DNA of 64,000 bases. Source: Stylophora pistillata (lineage: Eukaryota). The DNA is taken from NCBI RefSeq assembly GCF_002571385.2, contig NW_019217797.1, positions 923,856-987,855 on the forward strand, written 5' to 3'. This document shows, one piece after another, positions 12,726 through 25,850 of this stretch. Under the pieces are notes generated by a model that saw nothing but the letters and a program-made list of their open reading frames with translations, was not told the DNA's origin and ran no database searches. Both the position numbers and the translations under genes were made by a program. Numbering within the stretch: position 1 is the first letter of the stretch; each line of letters opens with the position of its first letter.

Positions 12726-14868
12726 TGCTGTAGGATTTGCCTTTTGGGGCTCTAGAGGGAAAACTGAACACAAGGCAAACAATACATCATTAAAATGAAA
12801 AACAAAAAATTGTCAACACTAAAATTAAGTGATTAAATTTAATTTAAGTTAGCTACTGGGTTTTATAATGTGTTTATTTCCAAAAGTTTTGTCCCATTTA
12901 TGTCCTGATATTATTTTTCAATTGTAGGCCTGTACACATTACGGGGTTTGATTTAAAACTATGTAGATTATGTACTAATAAACTAAATTAACCTGAATTG
13001 AGTACTAAAAGTGCATGTGCATTTACTTATTCAAAGTGCAGGTCACTGTGCCTTTTGTCGTCAGTGCAGGTGCAAGAGAAAAATACTTTCTTTCTTACCA
13101 GAAGAGCTACTTTTTTCTCTTTGGTCTGACCCGTACACAAGCCCTGATCCCGACGTACCACCAACAATCTTTCCATTATGAAACCACTGAGTTTTATGGT
13201 GATGGTAACCCGACTCAAATGGGGCTGGCCTAACTTGATCCCTATCAATCAGTCATGTATAGATTGATTTATTTCAAGTGTAAAATGCTTATCATCACAG
13301 CTTATTGAATAATATAATTTTGCTCAAGTTGATTCTATCTATTGGAACTGGCCAATGCATTGTACAACTCACACAAGTTATCAAAATCCCAGTTTTTATC
13401 CATCAAAATGTCTTGGAATTCTATCCAAATACATTCCAAGGTCTTCTATGTTTATACTGTAGCTATTGTTGTTCTAAAAATTATTTTTAATTACTTCCAC
13501 TTTATAATTGTTTTACTATCAGTCCTACAAATGTTGTTTGAAGGAAAACATTGCCACTCACACGTTACCGGAGAGAAATTGGCAACGGGGAGTAATCACT
13601 GATATTGCCACACTGATTACATAATTGGAAGGGTTTTAATTTCCAGCGGTAGTAAGAGACAGGTTAGAGGATCGAGTCACTCGTGATTGACTGTTACTTC
13701 TATATCAGAGAGATCAGGCTACAGCGTAAATGTTTTTATGTTTGTTATAGTGAGAGGAAAACTGCTTCACTTTGATTGTTATCGAGGATCCAAGCAGACT
13801 CATAAAAAGTTGTACTCTTGTGTGAAAGTACTAAGTAAATAAGTTTACTGAGCTGCCATTGGTCTGAGCTGCAACCAAATGCAAAGGTTGCCCCTTTTTT
13901 TTTTTTTCAAGTAGGTTAACTATGATTGTCAATTGAAATAAAATGTGACACAAGCCTTACACGGATAATCTGTGTTGTAAAACTAGTCATAGAATAAAGC
14001 GATTCACGTCAGTGGAATGGAATGGCGAACATGTATGTAATGTTCTCGTGCGATTGCCGATTACCGCTATGAAAACAGATTATACGATAGAATTTTTCTT
14101 TCGAATGTCAAGGCAACTCATGTAAAGCGCTCTTCCAGGCAACAAATTCCCAACTTGTCCCTCAACTAAATTCCGATAGAACTTGTGGATAGTAAAGAAT
14201 TTTCATGAATTTAGTATTTGAGTGTTGTTTGTAGGCATGCAGATTTATAACAACAGATTATCCTTCTTGTTCCGTAAATATTTGAGTTTAAGCCGACTAG
14301 CAACAATGCTCATATTTGGAAAAGTTGATCAAAGATTCGAATTATCTGTGAAAACGACAAACGAGTCTGAATGAAGAGGTCGTTTTCGATTCAAAGATCA
14401 AACGACGACAGAAGCTCGTATGATGCAAGTGAACTGATGTCAATGATCGATCCTTCATTCTTTACATTAGAGTACATTAAAGATTTATGAGAGACCGTAT
14501 GTTTTCTCCAACGGTTAAGTTTCCTAGAGCTCAAGCCTGATTTCATATTGGTGGCAGTTAAAAGGAAACTGTTTGCGCAGGCTAGTCCAAAACGAATGAT
14601 AACTACACCAAGGCCGACATTAGCCGCAATGCTGGCGTTAAACCGTACGTGACAAGAAGCTAATTTCGCGCGACATTGAATTCATGATGCAATGCCCTTT
14701 TCAACTTCTTCGATAGATCAAGTCGATTCACAGAGCTTAAATATCCTCTTAATAAACCATACTTTCAACAAGGACACTTACATTTGCTGCCGTTTAGTTA
14801 AAATTTGAAGCAAATTCCTCGTGCTTTACATCTAAAATAAACATTTTCTATGAAATCCAACAAAAGTT

Positions 14869-14882
14869 GTTGTTATGGCAAC
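14869..14882. promoter_or_regulatory. RFX X-box upstream of the CSPP1-like gene
   Basis: GTTGTTATGGCAAC fits the X-box consensus GTTNYYATRRNAAC, ~90 bp upstream of the probable first-exon donor. Confidence 0.6.
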
Positions 14883-15547
14883 ATATTGAAAAGGCCTAAT
14901 GACAAATTGAAAACAAGTGCGGCAACTAATTGACTTTTGACTTCAAGTTCTGACACAAGTCTCACGACAATGAAGAAAACTGACCACTGCAAAGCCATTA
15001 GTGGGAACCCAAAAACAACCTGAACTTGCACAAACAGGTATTTTTCGGGTTTTGAACCTCAGCGAGATTAGTCAAAAATGGGGTGGTTTTAAAAAAATTA
15101 AACAAAGAGCCACTTCGGTTAGGTACTCAAACATTTGTTCGTTGGTACTATGATACCTTACGAGAATTGTACGCTTCCTGAAAAATACCTTCTTTCGTCG
15201 AAGGTTCTCAGTTAAAAAAAAAAAAATTAAAACGAGCATGAACCAGTTTAACACAAGTGGTAAAAAGATAGAAAGCGTAATTAGCTTTCCGTGGCTTGCT
15301 TAAGCTTCTCAAGAGATCCTTACAAATGTACTTGTGCAAGAAGAACTTCTGTCCAAATTCTTATGTCAGGAGTTGAAAAAAATTTTTTAACCAAATTCAG
15401 TGACATGTACGCGGATTCTCGTTCCACTGATAGTCATGCCTATAACCCGATAATTTCCTAAACTTGGCGAACAAAAACTGCGCCATTTTACATGCTGTGA
15501 TAAGAAGTGTAGCTTCAGTAACACGATGAATAACATATTTTTTTTTT

Positions 15548-15765
15548 ATGAAAGCGATCCTCGTTGTAATGAACACTGCTTAAACAGTAGTGAAAATAAG
15601 GCCTGAAAAAATTCAGGCCCCTTACGGAATGACCTCTGCGATACCGGTGAAGTGCTCTACTATCTGAGCTAACGAGCCAACTGGAAGCTGTACAGGCCTG
15701 AATTTTTTTCAGCCCTTACTTCGCTACTGCATAAGTAGTGTTCACTACTGTAAGGATCGTTTTCT
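15548..15765. repeat. Palindromic tRNA-derived repeat (SINE-like)
   Basis: Inverted arms gatcctcgttgtaatgaacactgctta...aggcctgaaaaaattcaggcc / ggcctgaatttttttcag...agtgttcactactgtaaggatc around a tRNA-like remnant. Same family as 21812-21990. Confidence 0.65.
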
Positions 15766-17268
15766 AGTACGTTTCTTAAAAACGCAGGGCACATATGTGA
15801 TTTCAGTTTTTTTATATATTCTCAGTCATCAATCACATTTTGGCAATGCAAATCAAACGTGAACATACAAATGCCAGCATGGTTAGTAGAGGGGAATGCC
15901 AGGTCGGATTTTCAAGTTTCTCGTATGCCTTATGAAAAGTGTTCGTCACACGCCTTTTTCCGCTATACCTGAATTTGTTTAACTCCTTCCCTTTTGTTTT
16001 GTTTTGCAAATAGTCTCTCTTTCGGGAAGAGTAATTTCGGAAAATGGCACCAAAAAGGTTATGTTTAATGTGCATTTCGGCTCCATAAGGTGGAGTTAAC
16101 AAGCGGCCCCTGAAATTTTTTCTTTTGCAAAAAGATCGAGACCAATTGGAATTCCTAGGAATTCCAAAATACATTTGACAAGGGTTGGTACATGTCGAGT
16201 CGGAAAATGGTTTGATAACACTTGTCTTATGATTAAATTACCGTGCACTGAGTTTACGTGAAACAGAGACTTGCTGTCCAGTGGAGTCCTCCATTGATCT
16301 GTCAATCTCGAAGGTTTTACTGTGTGATTTGACACAGGACAAAAAACAGACGAACGAAGAGTTTCTCCCTGAGACAGAATAACGAAAAGTAAACAACAAC
16401 GGTTCAAACAAAATAAGAATGGATTCCATCACTTTTGGGATGAAGGAGGATGGAGAGCGTGCACTACTGAGATTTACAGTATTAATAACAGATGCTGGTT
16501 CCGAATGATCATTGCTGGAACAGGGGTAAATAAAAGGTTCGCACAAGTATATGTACGCTCCTCTATTTAAGAGATAAATCAAGTTCCGTGATACATCAAT
16601 TCCCGAAAGAGGGTGTCCTGTTATGTTGCATTCAAAGGATCCCAAGGGCTTTTCATCCATCGATTTTATTTCATTCGAAATTGACTTTTTCTTAATTATA
16701 CATATTAATAACTCCAATGTGATCGATTATTCCTTCTCTTGAGAAAAAATTCAGGTATGACATAGCAATCGTAACCAAATGGCATCGAAAAAGACTTCTA
16801 CTCTTCTAATTAAATTCAGAATTGTTGAGAAATGTACATACCGAACATAGCTGTTTTGGAACAGTAGGACCCCAGATGTTGTTAATGAAGATATAGTCGG
16901 GTGGAGCACTGAATGACCTCATTCAAAAACTATCCACAGAATGGCGTCCTCCGTTTCGCAGCAACTTTCCTCTCAAGTTATTGAACCTACCCGGAAAATT
17001 ACTTATTTGATATTTCTACCTATAAAATATGAAATTTGTTAAATGAATACTAATTATGTAACGTCATGAATTTCTAACGCTACTTATGAATGAAAAAAGT
17101 ATCACTTCATTATCACAATTATGACGTCTGTAAAGAGACAACTGTCTCCATTCGTCTCAGTAGGTTTTATCCTAGGTTTGAAGTGGACAGTTCCAAGACT
17201 TGAGTGAGATTAAGAAAAGTAAAAAAAAAAAGAACAGGAAAAATTTTGCCGTGAATCATTTCAGTTAA

Positions 17269-17944
17269 GGTTACCGTGCACCTTCAGCGGTGTCTCGCTT
17301 GCAAACGATGTAGCGCGTCCGGTTTAAACTGTAGATATCTAAACCCCTATATCAAATTAAAGCTTATAGGACTGGCTATCAGCTGACTATACCAAAAATC
17401 TTGAAAAAATGAATTGTCGAATTTTTCACGACTTCTAAATGCGAGCGCCCGAATCACCTTTTAAGAGCTACAAGTCAAAGGGAATTTGTTCGATTGCTCT
17501 CAAATTTTGACAGTATAGCTAGTTTTATCTATAAACAACAAAAACGTGTCTCCGAATTTTTTAATTCTAAATACTTTATTTTCAAGAGCGATTTTCGTAC
17601 GATCACTCCACGTTTTTTTAATCCTATTTCAAAAATGTTCTGTAACTTTTTAATGAAATTGAATAAGGCAAATCGCAGACACGGTTTTTTTTTTTAGCGC
17701 TTTGGCCCCGGAAACGAGGAACATTAAATAAGCGAAAAACAAAATTCGCTTTGACACAAAAGGTGATTCGGGCACTCGCATTTAGAAGTCGTGAAAAATT
17801 CGACAATTCATTTTTTTTCAAAATTTTTGGTGTAGTCTGATAGCCAGTCCTATAAGCTTTAATTTGATTTAGGGGTTTAGATATCTACAGTCAGACGCGC
17901 TACATCGCTTGCACGCGAGACACCCCTGAAGGTACACGGTAACC
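17269..17944. mobile_element. MITE with ~190-bp terminal inverted repeats
   Basis: Left arm ggttaccgtgcaccttcag...gaatcacctttt (17269-17462) is mirrored at 17758-17944. Left flank is TTAA. An inverted internal fragment also occurs at ~18150-18190. Confidence 0.8.
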
Positions 17945-19679
17945 GTGTATTACCATTATCGTCATTATTTTTGAGCAAGCTTTCCACGCCCGGCCTCATA
18001 TCTAAATATGAAATAATAAGATTGGGCGTTCCTAACTAATGTACTAGCTTACTTCAAACATTAAAGTATCTCCCGCATTGAGTTAAGTTAGTGTAATTTT
18101 CAACCGCGCGCCAAAAGTTATCAGGGATGACCAACAGACCTCTCACTGAAAAAATCGCTCTTGAAAATAAAGTATTTAGAAATAAAAAAATTTCTTTTGT
18201 TTCTGCAAGCATTCACTGAAGTACCAGATAAATCAGAGCAAGTGTTTAAGATGGAATCAAAATGGTAACGAGCCGTTGAGCCATCAATTAACAGCAAGGT
18301 TTCTTCATTGGACAATGGTTCTTAACGTAAAATGAAACATGTCGAATCTAGTGAACCTCCCTTCAATTAATATCAGGTAAAACACTAACATTTTCACATT
18401 TTTTTGGAACAGTTCTTTTTCTTTTTTATGACATTACGAATTCCAACAATGGTGGCTTGGACTCTATAACATTAATTGAAATAACAATAAATTGAATATA
18501 CTGCAGTCCATCAAAGTATTATATTCTTTTCATACTAACACAACAGAGAAAAATTTAAGAAAAACTATGATATTTAGTACACTGCATAAAAAGAGCTGAA
18601 CAAGGACACCTAAATACCACTATCCCCAGCCTAACTATACACAATATTGTCAATTCATCTCTTTCATGACATTCAGCAAAGAAAAGTTCAAAACTGCAAT
18701 TAGAGAAACACAATTCCCAAACAATTCCCACCTAAATAATTTGTAAATTCCTCTAAAACACAGACTTCTTTATCAAACTAGATCTTGCATTACCAAAACT
18801 GTTTAGCCTGATTCACAAGCAGGAATATAGATGCACTATAGTTCCTTTACTGACAAGACAACTATTTGGGAGCTGCTTAATCATATCAGTTTTTTAGTGA
18901 GTTTGAATGGTTCCTCTATCATCTAGAATTAAAAGTATTAGTCTCTTGTTGACACAAATAAGTCTTGTGCAGATCATGCTTACATAGTTTTGAAAACTAG
19001 TCCACAAGGTCTCATCAAAGGTGATCATTTATATGATTAAGTAGCTTCATGAGGTATTTTTATGACTACTTTCAGAATACTAGATAAAAATAAAGTGTTT
19101 GTGGAGCCTAAAGAGTCACTGACAGTGTTGAGAAACTGGTAATAGTATAGCCAATAATCAATTTCATGCATTGATACCATTAATTAAAGCCACATATATT
19201 CAACTGGAAAATAGTCTTTTTCATAACATTGCTAACTCTTATTGTCTAATATTGTTAAGTCTACATATCATTCCATATAAACCAAAGTCTGTACACTGTA
19301 CATAGATAGTATAATGGCATATCGATCATCGTCCTTATGGCTATGTTTTAACATGTTCTTTCATTATCATTTCTCCTTTGGCAAGCTTAGGAGTGTCTAT
19401 ATCACAAAATATTCCTGAAAAATTCCATTAACTAATGACTATAGATAACTAATGACTATAGATAACTAATAGACTGTTTCTTTACAGTTTCATTAATCAT
19501 CATTATTATGGTTAAAATCAAGATCAGGGAAAAAGATGTTCCTTAATTCTTCCTTTTTCTTAACCAGTTTAGGTCTGTTCACACAGTATTGACATAATCC
19601 AAGTCCCTTTTTAAGTTCAACCCTCACTGACTTGACCTAACCCAGCCTTATTGATTAGTTAATGGATACATAGCTGGTG

Positions 19680-22600
19680 CTAATAATCAAAGCGATGTTC
19701 TCTTCCATATTCTGCACCAGGTTTTACAGCATCCACATAGTCCAAGTCCAGGTCATAAAACTCACTTAACAAGCTGTCACAATCATCATGTGCTCCCATC
19801 TGTGTTATAGACTCCAATGGAATAATCTCATAATCCTCTAATACAAAGTCAATTTCATCCCTTGGTGTTCCATGCCAGCTGCGACTCAGTGGATGTTCTT
19901 CAGTTTGCTCATCTGGTTCTATAAATGATGCACTCCCTGCACTATCTAGCCCATCCTCACTGCTACCCGGAATTGTGGGAAGGGTCAACTGGCCAGTGGG
20001 ATACGCACAGCAGCTGATACTGCGACATTTCCTCATGTCTTTGCGGGCTGTCAAAAGAGACATGTATTGATTGTTATTTTCAGCTACCTAGTAGTATCTA
20101 TCTAAATCTTGAAATTACCACACATGTATATCTTATTAAGCATTTTGTTGTGTGGTATTGCTGAGTATTTTTATGAGTTGTGCTGTAATTTGATGAGCCC
20201 ATAGGGCAAGTCAAAATACAAATAACAAGTAAAAATACTCAGCGATATGACACACCAAAACATCTAAAAAGTTATTAATTATCCAACCTGCCAAATTGTT
20301 AGTTCAACACAGGCAAATTTTGCGGTTATTTATTACTGGAGAGTGGGTGACAGAAGTATCTGAAGTGGAACAGTATTGGCAGTTGTCATGTTGCTGTTTC
20401 TATTTCTTCAATAAATGATGAAATTTCATTGTTGTCTAACTACTTTTCTTTGTTCCATTTATTCAATAAACTTGGATCGATATTCACCAGCAATTCTGAC
20501 TCTTCATCATCAAAAGAATGATTTAAATTGTCCGCTATTGTTTTTTATAACTTCAATCCAATTTGTCGCTTGCGTGATGCAAGAAAACCTGTCTAACCAG
20601 TTCTCTGGAGTACAAATACTGTGTGACATTTGTACTCATCTTGGGCATTATTTGTACTCTGTGGAGTGTAGTTGGATAATAAATGACAGAATAGAAATAT
20701 ATTAACTGTTCTCTAAATCAAAAAACAACCAAATGAAAATTAATGTCAGTTTTCAAAATGACATAAAATTCCTGTGGCATGTATATTCTGAAAATTATTC
20801 CATAGCAATGAACCTTTGAAGCAAAAGTTACTGAGGTAAACAGCAGTTAAATGGTTCAATCAAAGGATCATTCCTAGAAGATGTCCTAGGTGGCTTTTAA
20901 TTTGTTTTATGTTTTTTGCTTTTGCTCCCCAAATAATTTCTAGTTTTGTGTTATATTGACTGTCCACTGACATGAATGAAAAACAAGACACAAACAAATA
21001 TGCAATATAATGCATAATATACAAATAATGATATTATTATTATTATTATCATCATTAACATAATATCATTATCAGTATTACTATTACTGTTATCACGTCT
21101 TGATTGGTGTGAGATTAACTTACATGACAAATATCAGGCACAAACCAAATAAAAAATTATTGTCAAGAGTTTTCAACTGGTAACAAAATTACACTCACAA
21201 AATAAATGAGATGTCACCACTAGCATTTTTGTAGCTCACCTGGAACATCAATAGCATCTTCAACAGTAGCATTAAACCCAAACAGGTTATCATCGTGAAA
21301 ACTTGACCATCCCTTACCATATGACTTGTGTTTCAGGGTTTGGGACCTTAAATGTTTTAAAGGAAACATAACTCACTTTCAATTTGATATACAACAATCT
21401 TACACAGCCTTTAAAATATGATTGCTTTAGGGAGACACCAAGCTAATGGTCTACACACAAAGGGCAGTATAGATAGGAATGTAGAAGGATCACAGACACT
21501 AATAGCTATCCTTGATGAGAAGAAATTCTCAATGTAGTTAAAGGCTATTAAGCTGATGAAACCCTCTGGTTCTGCTCAAAAACACAATTAAAGGTAACAG
21601 AGTGTCTTCTGCATGGGATGGCTTTTTTTATGGCAAGTAAACTCTACATCTTTTTCTGCATTGAGAGGAATACTTCAAAGAGTTAAGTGTTAAACCAAGG
21701 AACAAAAAGGATCTTAACCACAGTTGAATCCCAAATTTCCTCATGAAATAGACTAGCATACAAACTATTATCAGTTACATGATTATCAGATACATGATTG
21801 ATCACTTTCACAGGTTTATTACGAATCAACTTAACGGCCTGCTCCCAGTTGGCTTGTTAGCTCAATTGGTAAAGCACTGCACTAGTATCACAGAGGTCAG
21901 TGGTTCGAATCCCGTACAGGCCTGATTTTTTTCAGGTCTGATTTTCGCTATTGCATAAATAGCGTTATCTACTGCGAGGATCGTGCATCATACAAACTAT
22001 TATGTCAGCCTGTCTCTTGAAAGGTCTTGGTCAATCTGAAGTAAAGCCCTTGTCTTACTTACTTTTCTGTGGATGGATACTCAGCACTGAATGTTTTTGT
22101 TCTAGGTCTTCTTTCTGAGTCATCTCTTTTCAATTCTTTCTCATGCAGTCTATAAATAAGTGATCTGATACCTCCTGGAGTGCGTGTTTTCATGTAGTAG
22201 TCCATTTGATGTTTACTGAGTCTTGTCTGAAGAAATAGTAGCATGGCTGAATTGTTCACCAAAGAATTAATGCTTGCAAGCCTGTTAACAATAAAAGTTT
22301 TACATGTTAACTGATGCAACAGTATATCATGGATTTTTTGTTAACACAATGACATTAATTGAATGTCACCAAACAACTAGTCCCAGGAATTTCCCTCTGT
22401 AAACATTAACTCCTAAATTTCTATAAAAAAAACAATGAATTGCATCATAATGAATAATTCAAGTTTAAAGGAACTGGAAGCAATTATAATCAAAATGAGA
22501 ACCATACTGGGCTTGAAATAACTTTATACACAGACCTGTTCAGGAACCTTGCTAATCCCTCTTGACGTTTCTGTAAAAAGTCCTCCTTAAAACGTCCAAT

Positions 22601-23966
22601 ATACTGTTTTCTTGGCAGATGTGGGACTTGCCTATTCAAAATAAGTAACTTTAGTTTAACCTATTATTTTCAAAAAGAAAAAGAATATGTATATTTATTG
22701 GGCTTCTTTCTATAAATATTAAATTGACAAACATCTTAAACCTAGAGTGACATCATGACAAAAAAAAGACTTTAATAAGAAAATAAAAAATCTTTATCAG
22801 ATAATGGAGCATTTTAAACCTTTTATAAATTCCAGCACACTTACAACATGACAAAATCATCAAGACCCAATCTTGTTCTCAGCCATACAAACTCTGAATA
22901 TCTTCGTCTAACTTGAGAGTGGAACAATGGAAATGCTGGATGATTCGTCTAAAGTAAAATTAAAAGAGTAAGCAAGAACAACATTGATAAAATTCATTTG
23001 AGAAATTCATGCCTAAGAATAGATGTTTTGTGACATGTGATGATCACGTGCCAGTCACACCTAATACACGCCTCCTTACACACCTCCAATGTGTAACTCA
23101 TTATCTTCATTACCTTTGTCGTTTAGATATTCATGTTTCTAGCCAAGAGCAAATAATGGTTGTAGAAAGAGATAACTAGTTATAGAGTAAGTAATTGTAA
23201 ATATCCAAAATTGGGCTGGGGAATAAAACGTGCTTGCGCTTCTATTTCATCGCAACGTACACTTAAAGAATTCCATAGAGCTACCTGTAGGAATCTAAAT
23301 TGAATTTCCCAATCAAAAACTCTACTTTATCGAAAACGCGATGATACCAAAGTCAAAAACAAAGTCCCGTTTAGAGTTTATTACACTGCCTTCTGGTTAG
23401 AATTCATAACATCAGTTGTTTTCTTTACCAGTTCTTCACCAAAGATAAACAAAAGCCTCACGAATGCCCAAAATTCAATACGCCATGACAAAGGAAGTTT
23501 GCATGACTTTCGATATTAGCTCCGACCTACAAAACAAACTCAAGTATGATTATAAACCTGGACTGCGAATTTCAAACCTTAAAAGGTACGGAATAAGATG
23601 ACAATTTGTGTTTCGCAGAGTCTCGGGGTTTTTCGTGGACCTTAAATCAATGACAACCTTCCCGAGAGACTCAACTCCTAAACGAAACACCGGCTTACCT
23701 TCAATTCAATTTCGTAGTCAGTATAAAGCGCCTTTTCCTTCTCAATATGGGTTCTAGGATTTTTCACTTCGATTTCCAAATACTGCAAATACAACATGGA
23801 CAAATAAATGGAATGAAAACGTTTCGCAAAGTTCAGTCTGATCTTTTAACGGTAACAAATCGCTTTTACACACCGCGTTGCCGTACGCAGTTTCTCCAAC
23901 TTGATCTCTAATCATAATCCAATCAAAATTCGGCTGGAACAGCCTGTAACCACGTCTTCTATGCAT
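19680..23966 (-). CDS. PX-domain sorting nexin, SNX10/SNX11-like, paralog 1
   Basis: Exons 23874-23966 (tentative), 23699-23782 (YLEIEVKNPRTH...YTDYEIELK), 22845-22948 (TNHPAF...VRRRYSEFVWLR), 22536-22631 (VPHLPRK...FLQKRQEGLARFL), 22063-22281, 21240-21346, 19680-20083. Acidic low-complexity tail. Confidence 0.8.
20128..20682. mobile_element. Non-autonomous DNA-element-like repeat with a long hairpin and an internal inverted repeat
   Basis: Imperfect hairpin 20128-20278 (gtgtggtattgctgagtattttta / taaaaatactcagcgatatgacacac) plus attatccaac(20278) ... gttggataat(20671). Confidence 0.5.
21812..21990 (+). repeat. tRNA-derived SINE-like repeat
   Basis: ttagctcaattggtaaagc...ggttcgaatccc A/B boxes followed by caggcctgatttttttcagg. 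Same family as 15548-15765. Confidence 0.7.
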
Positions 23967-24119
23967 TTGTGACCAAGATTCCTGAAAACAACAATAAACC
24001 GTCTAAGCTCCGCGGTCAAAACAAACAAAATTACAAACAAGACAGACCCCTAAACCGATTGCGTATATACCTGCCATTTTGTAAGCTACCCACTATCCCC
24101 AGGGCTTCTCGATTTCTAA

Positions 24120-24791
24120 TTCTATGTTACATCACCGAAAAATAGAAATTTACTTATTCTAACTACGGAAAAATTTGGTAGAAACATTAATTCTGTCCAA
24201 AATAAGCTACTATGACATTCTTTTTTATCCACTACCAAAGTTCCTCTCAGCTAGACTACAAAGGCTCCAGTTCGCTATGGCTAGTTTCATCACTTGTAAA
24301 TATGTAAACAGTATATCTACCATTTTGGATCTTGGCTGGCTACCTATTCTGGAGCTAAGGGACTACTCACTACTAAAGACTATTTTTAAAGCACTGTATT
24401 CTGATAACTGGCCCTCCGATTTAAATTTGCAAGTCGTTAAACCCATCAGGCATCTCCGTTCCAGTGTTGCTCCAAGGCTTTATGTTGCATTTGTACAGGG
24501 CACCTTTCAGCATTCAGCAGCCATGATTTTTAATGAATTGCCAGCAAATATAAGGAATTGCACAGATTTTAAAGAATACTGCAGGCTCTGCAAGGCGTTC
24601 TTAAAGGCGCGCGCTTTGTCTTCCTTGTAAAGACATAGAAAAAACCACCACCACCAACCAATATTTACTTTCATATATAGTTTTCTTACAATTTAGTTAG
24701 TTATCATAATTTAGTTTAATATTAAATATTAGTACTGTAGGCCTTCACAGATGAAGAGTCACACCTTTTACGTGGATATACTGTGAAGAAA

Positions 24792-24825
<34 letters not shown>
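24120..24825 (+). mobile_element. L2/CR1-type LINE 3' fragment
   Basis: ORF LVETLILSKISYYD...RLQRLQ...LGWLPI...FNELPANIR (RT C-terminal region) ending in an (att)n tail. Confidence 0.85.
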
Positions 24826-24829
<4 letters not shown>

Positions 24830-25042
24830 TTTTTTAATTTTTTTTTTTTACTGCACGAATGACCGATGATTCATTTGTAACAATTATGATGCGTGGGTTT
24901 GGATACTCGTCAGTAGACTTTACAAGCTTCCCACTGTTTTTATAATGTTATGTAATAAAAGTTGTGCTTCATCGCTTACGCGAAGGAGAGGGAGAGGTGT
25001 TAAAAAAAGGTCACATGGAGGTCGCATTAATTGTTTGACACG

Positions 25043-25150
25043 ACAACAACAACAACAACCTTTATTTATGTGTCAAATCTAAAATAGCAGTTATACAACC
25101 ACTAACTGGGGACACATTAGACTGACACATTAGACTGACACATTAGATTC
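25043..25150 (-). repeat. LINE/SINE 3' tail with (gtt)n and a 13-bp tandem triplication
   Basis: (caa)n-ctttattta polyA-signal-like end; gacacattaga(ct) x3. Confidence 0.45.
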
Positions 25151-25539
25151 ACTTGTACCTGTTTGTAAATGAGGGACGTGTGCGTTGGAAGAACAAATTA
25201 TGATCTTTAGAAGCTCTTTTTTCTCATTTAGGAGTCGAGAATGTAAGAAACGCGGGGAGAGAAGGAGAAGCATCGGTGAAGAAGTGCAGTACGTGAAAGG
25301 GGGCGTGAGTGCAAATAAATCAGATTGTTAGCTTGTTTCTTATCAAGTGAACTTATCAAGGTGATTACCTCCAGAACGTCATGGTATTGTGACCTAAACT
25401 TGCATTTTAAGCAGTTTCTGGGGTTTTCTCTCCTAGAGCCTATGTAAACGTATTTGTTTTGTTTTGTTTTGTTTTTTTTTTTTAACTCCATATGAACAAT
25501 AGAGAAAGAGAAACTGAGTTCAAGGGTAATTTTACCAAC

Positions 25540-25850
25540 TATTGACCTAGGTACTGACACGATAAGATTAACTAGGCTACAAAACTAAGAACTTGTTTCA
25601 GAGGCTAGACGTTAAAACAGGTTTGGGTCTTGGAGCCTAGTTTTGGTGAGGGTGACAAGTTTATTGAACTTCAACCCAATACAGAGGCATATAAAAATGC
25701 CTTTTACTGTAGAACAATTAGAGACTGGAATGCATTACCAAATCATTTTCTTGACAAAAAATTCGAAGAATTTTTAAATAGCAATTAATAGAAATATTTA
25801 AATTGAAATATTCACTTAATTTAATTTATCTATTTATTTATTTATCTCTT
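25540..25850 (+). mobile_element. CR1/L2 LINE extreme 3' fragment
   Basis: Translates ...YKNAFYCRTIRDWNALP..., followed by AT-rich and (ttta)n sequence. Confidence 0.65.
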
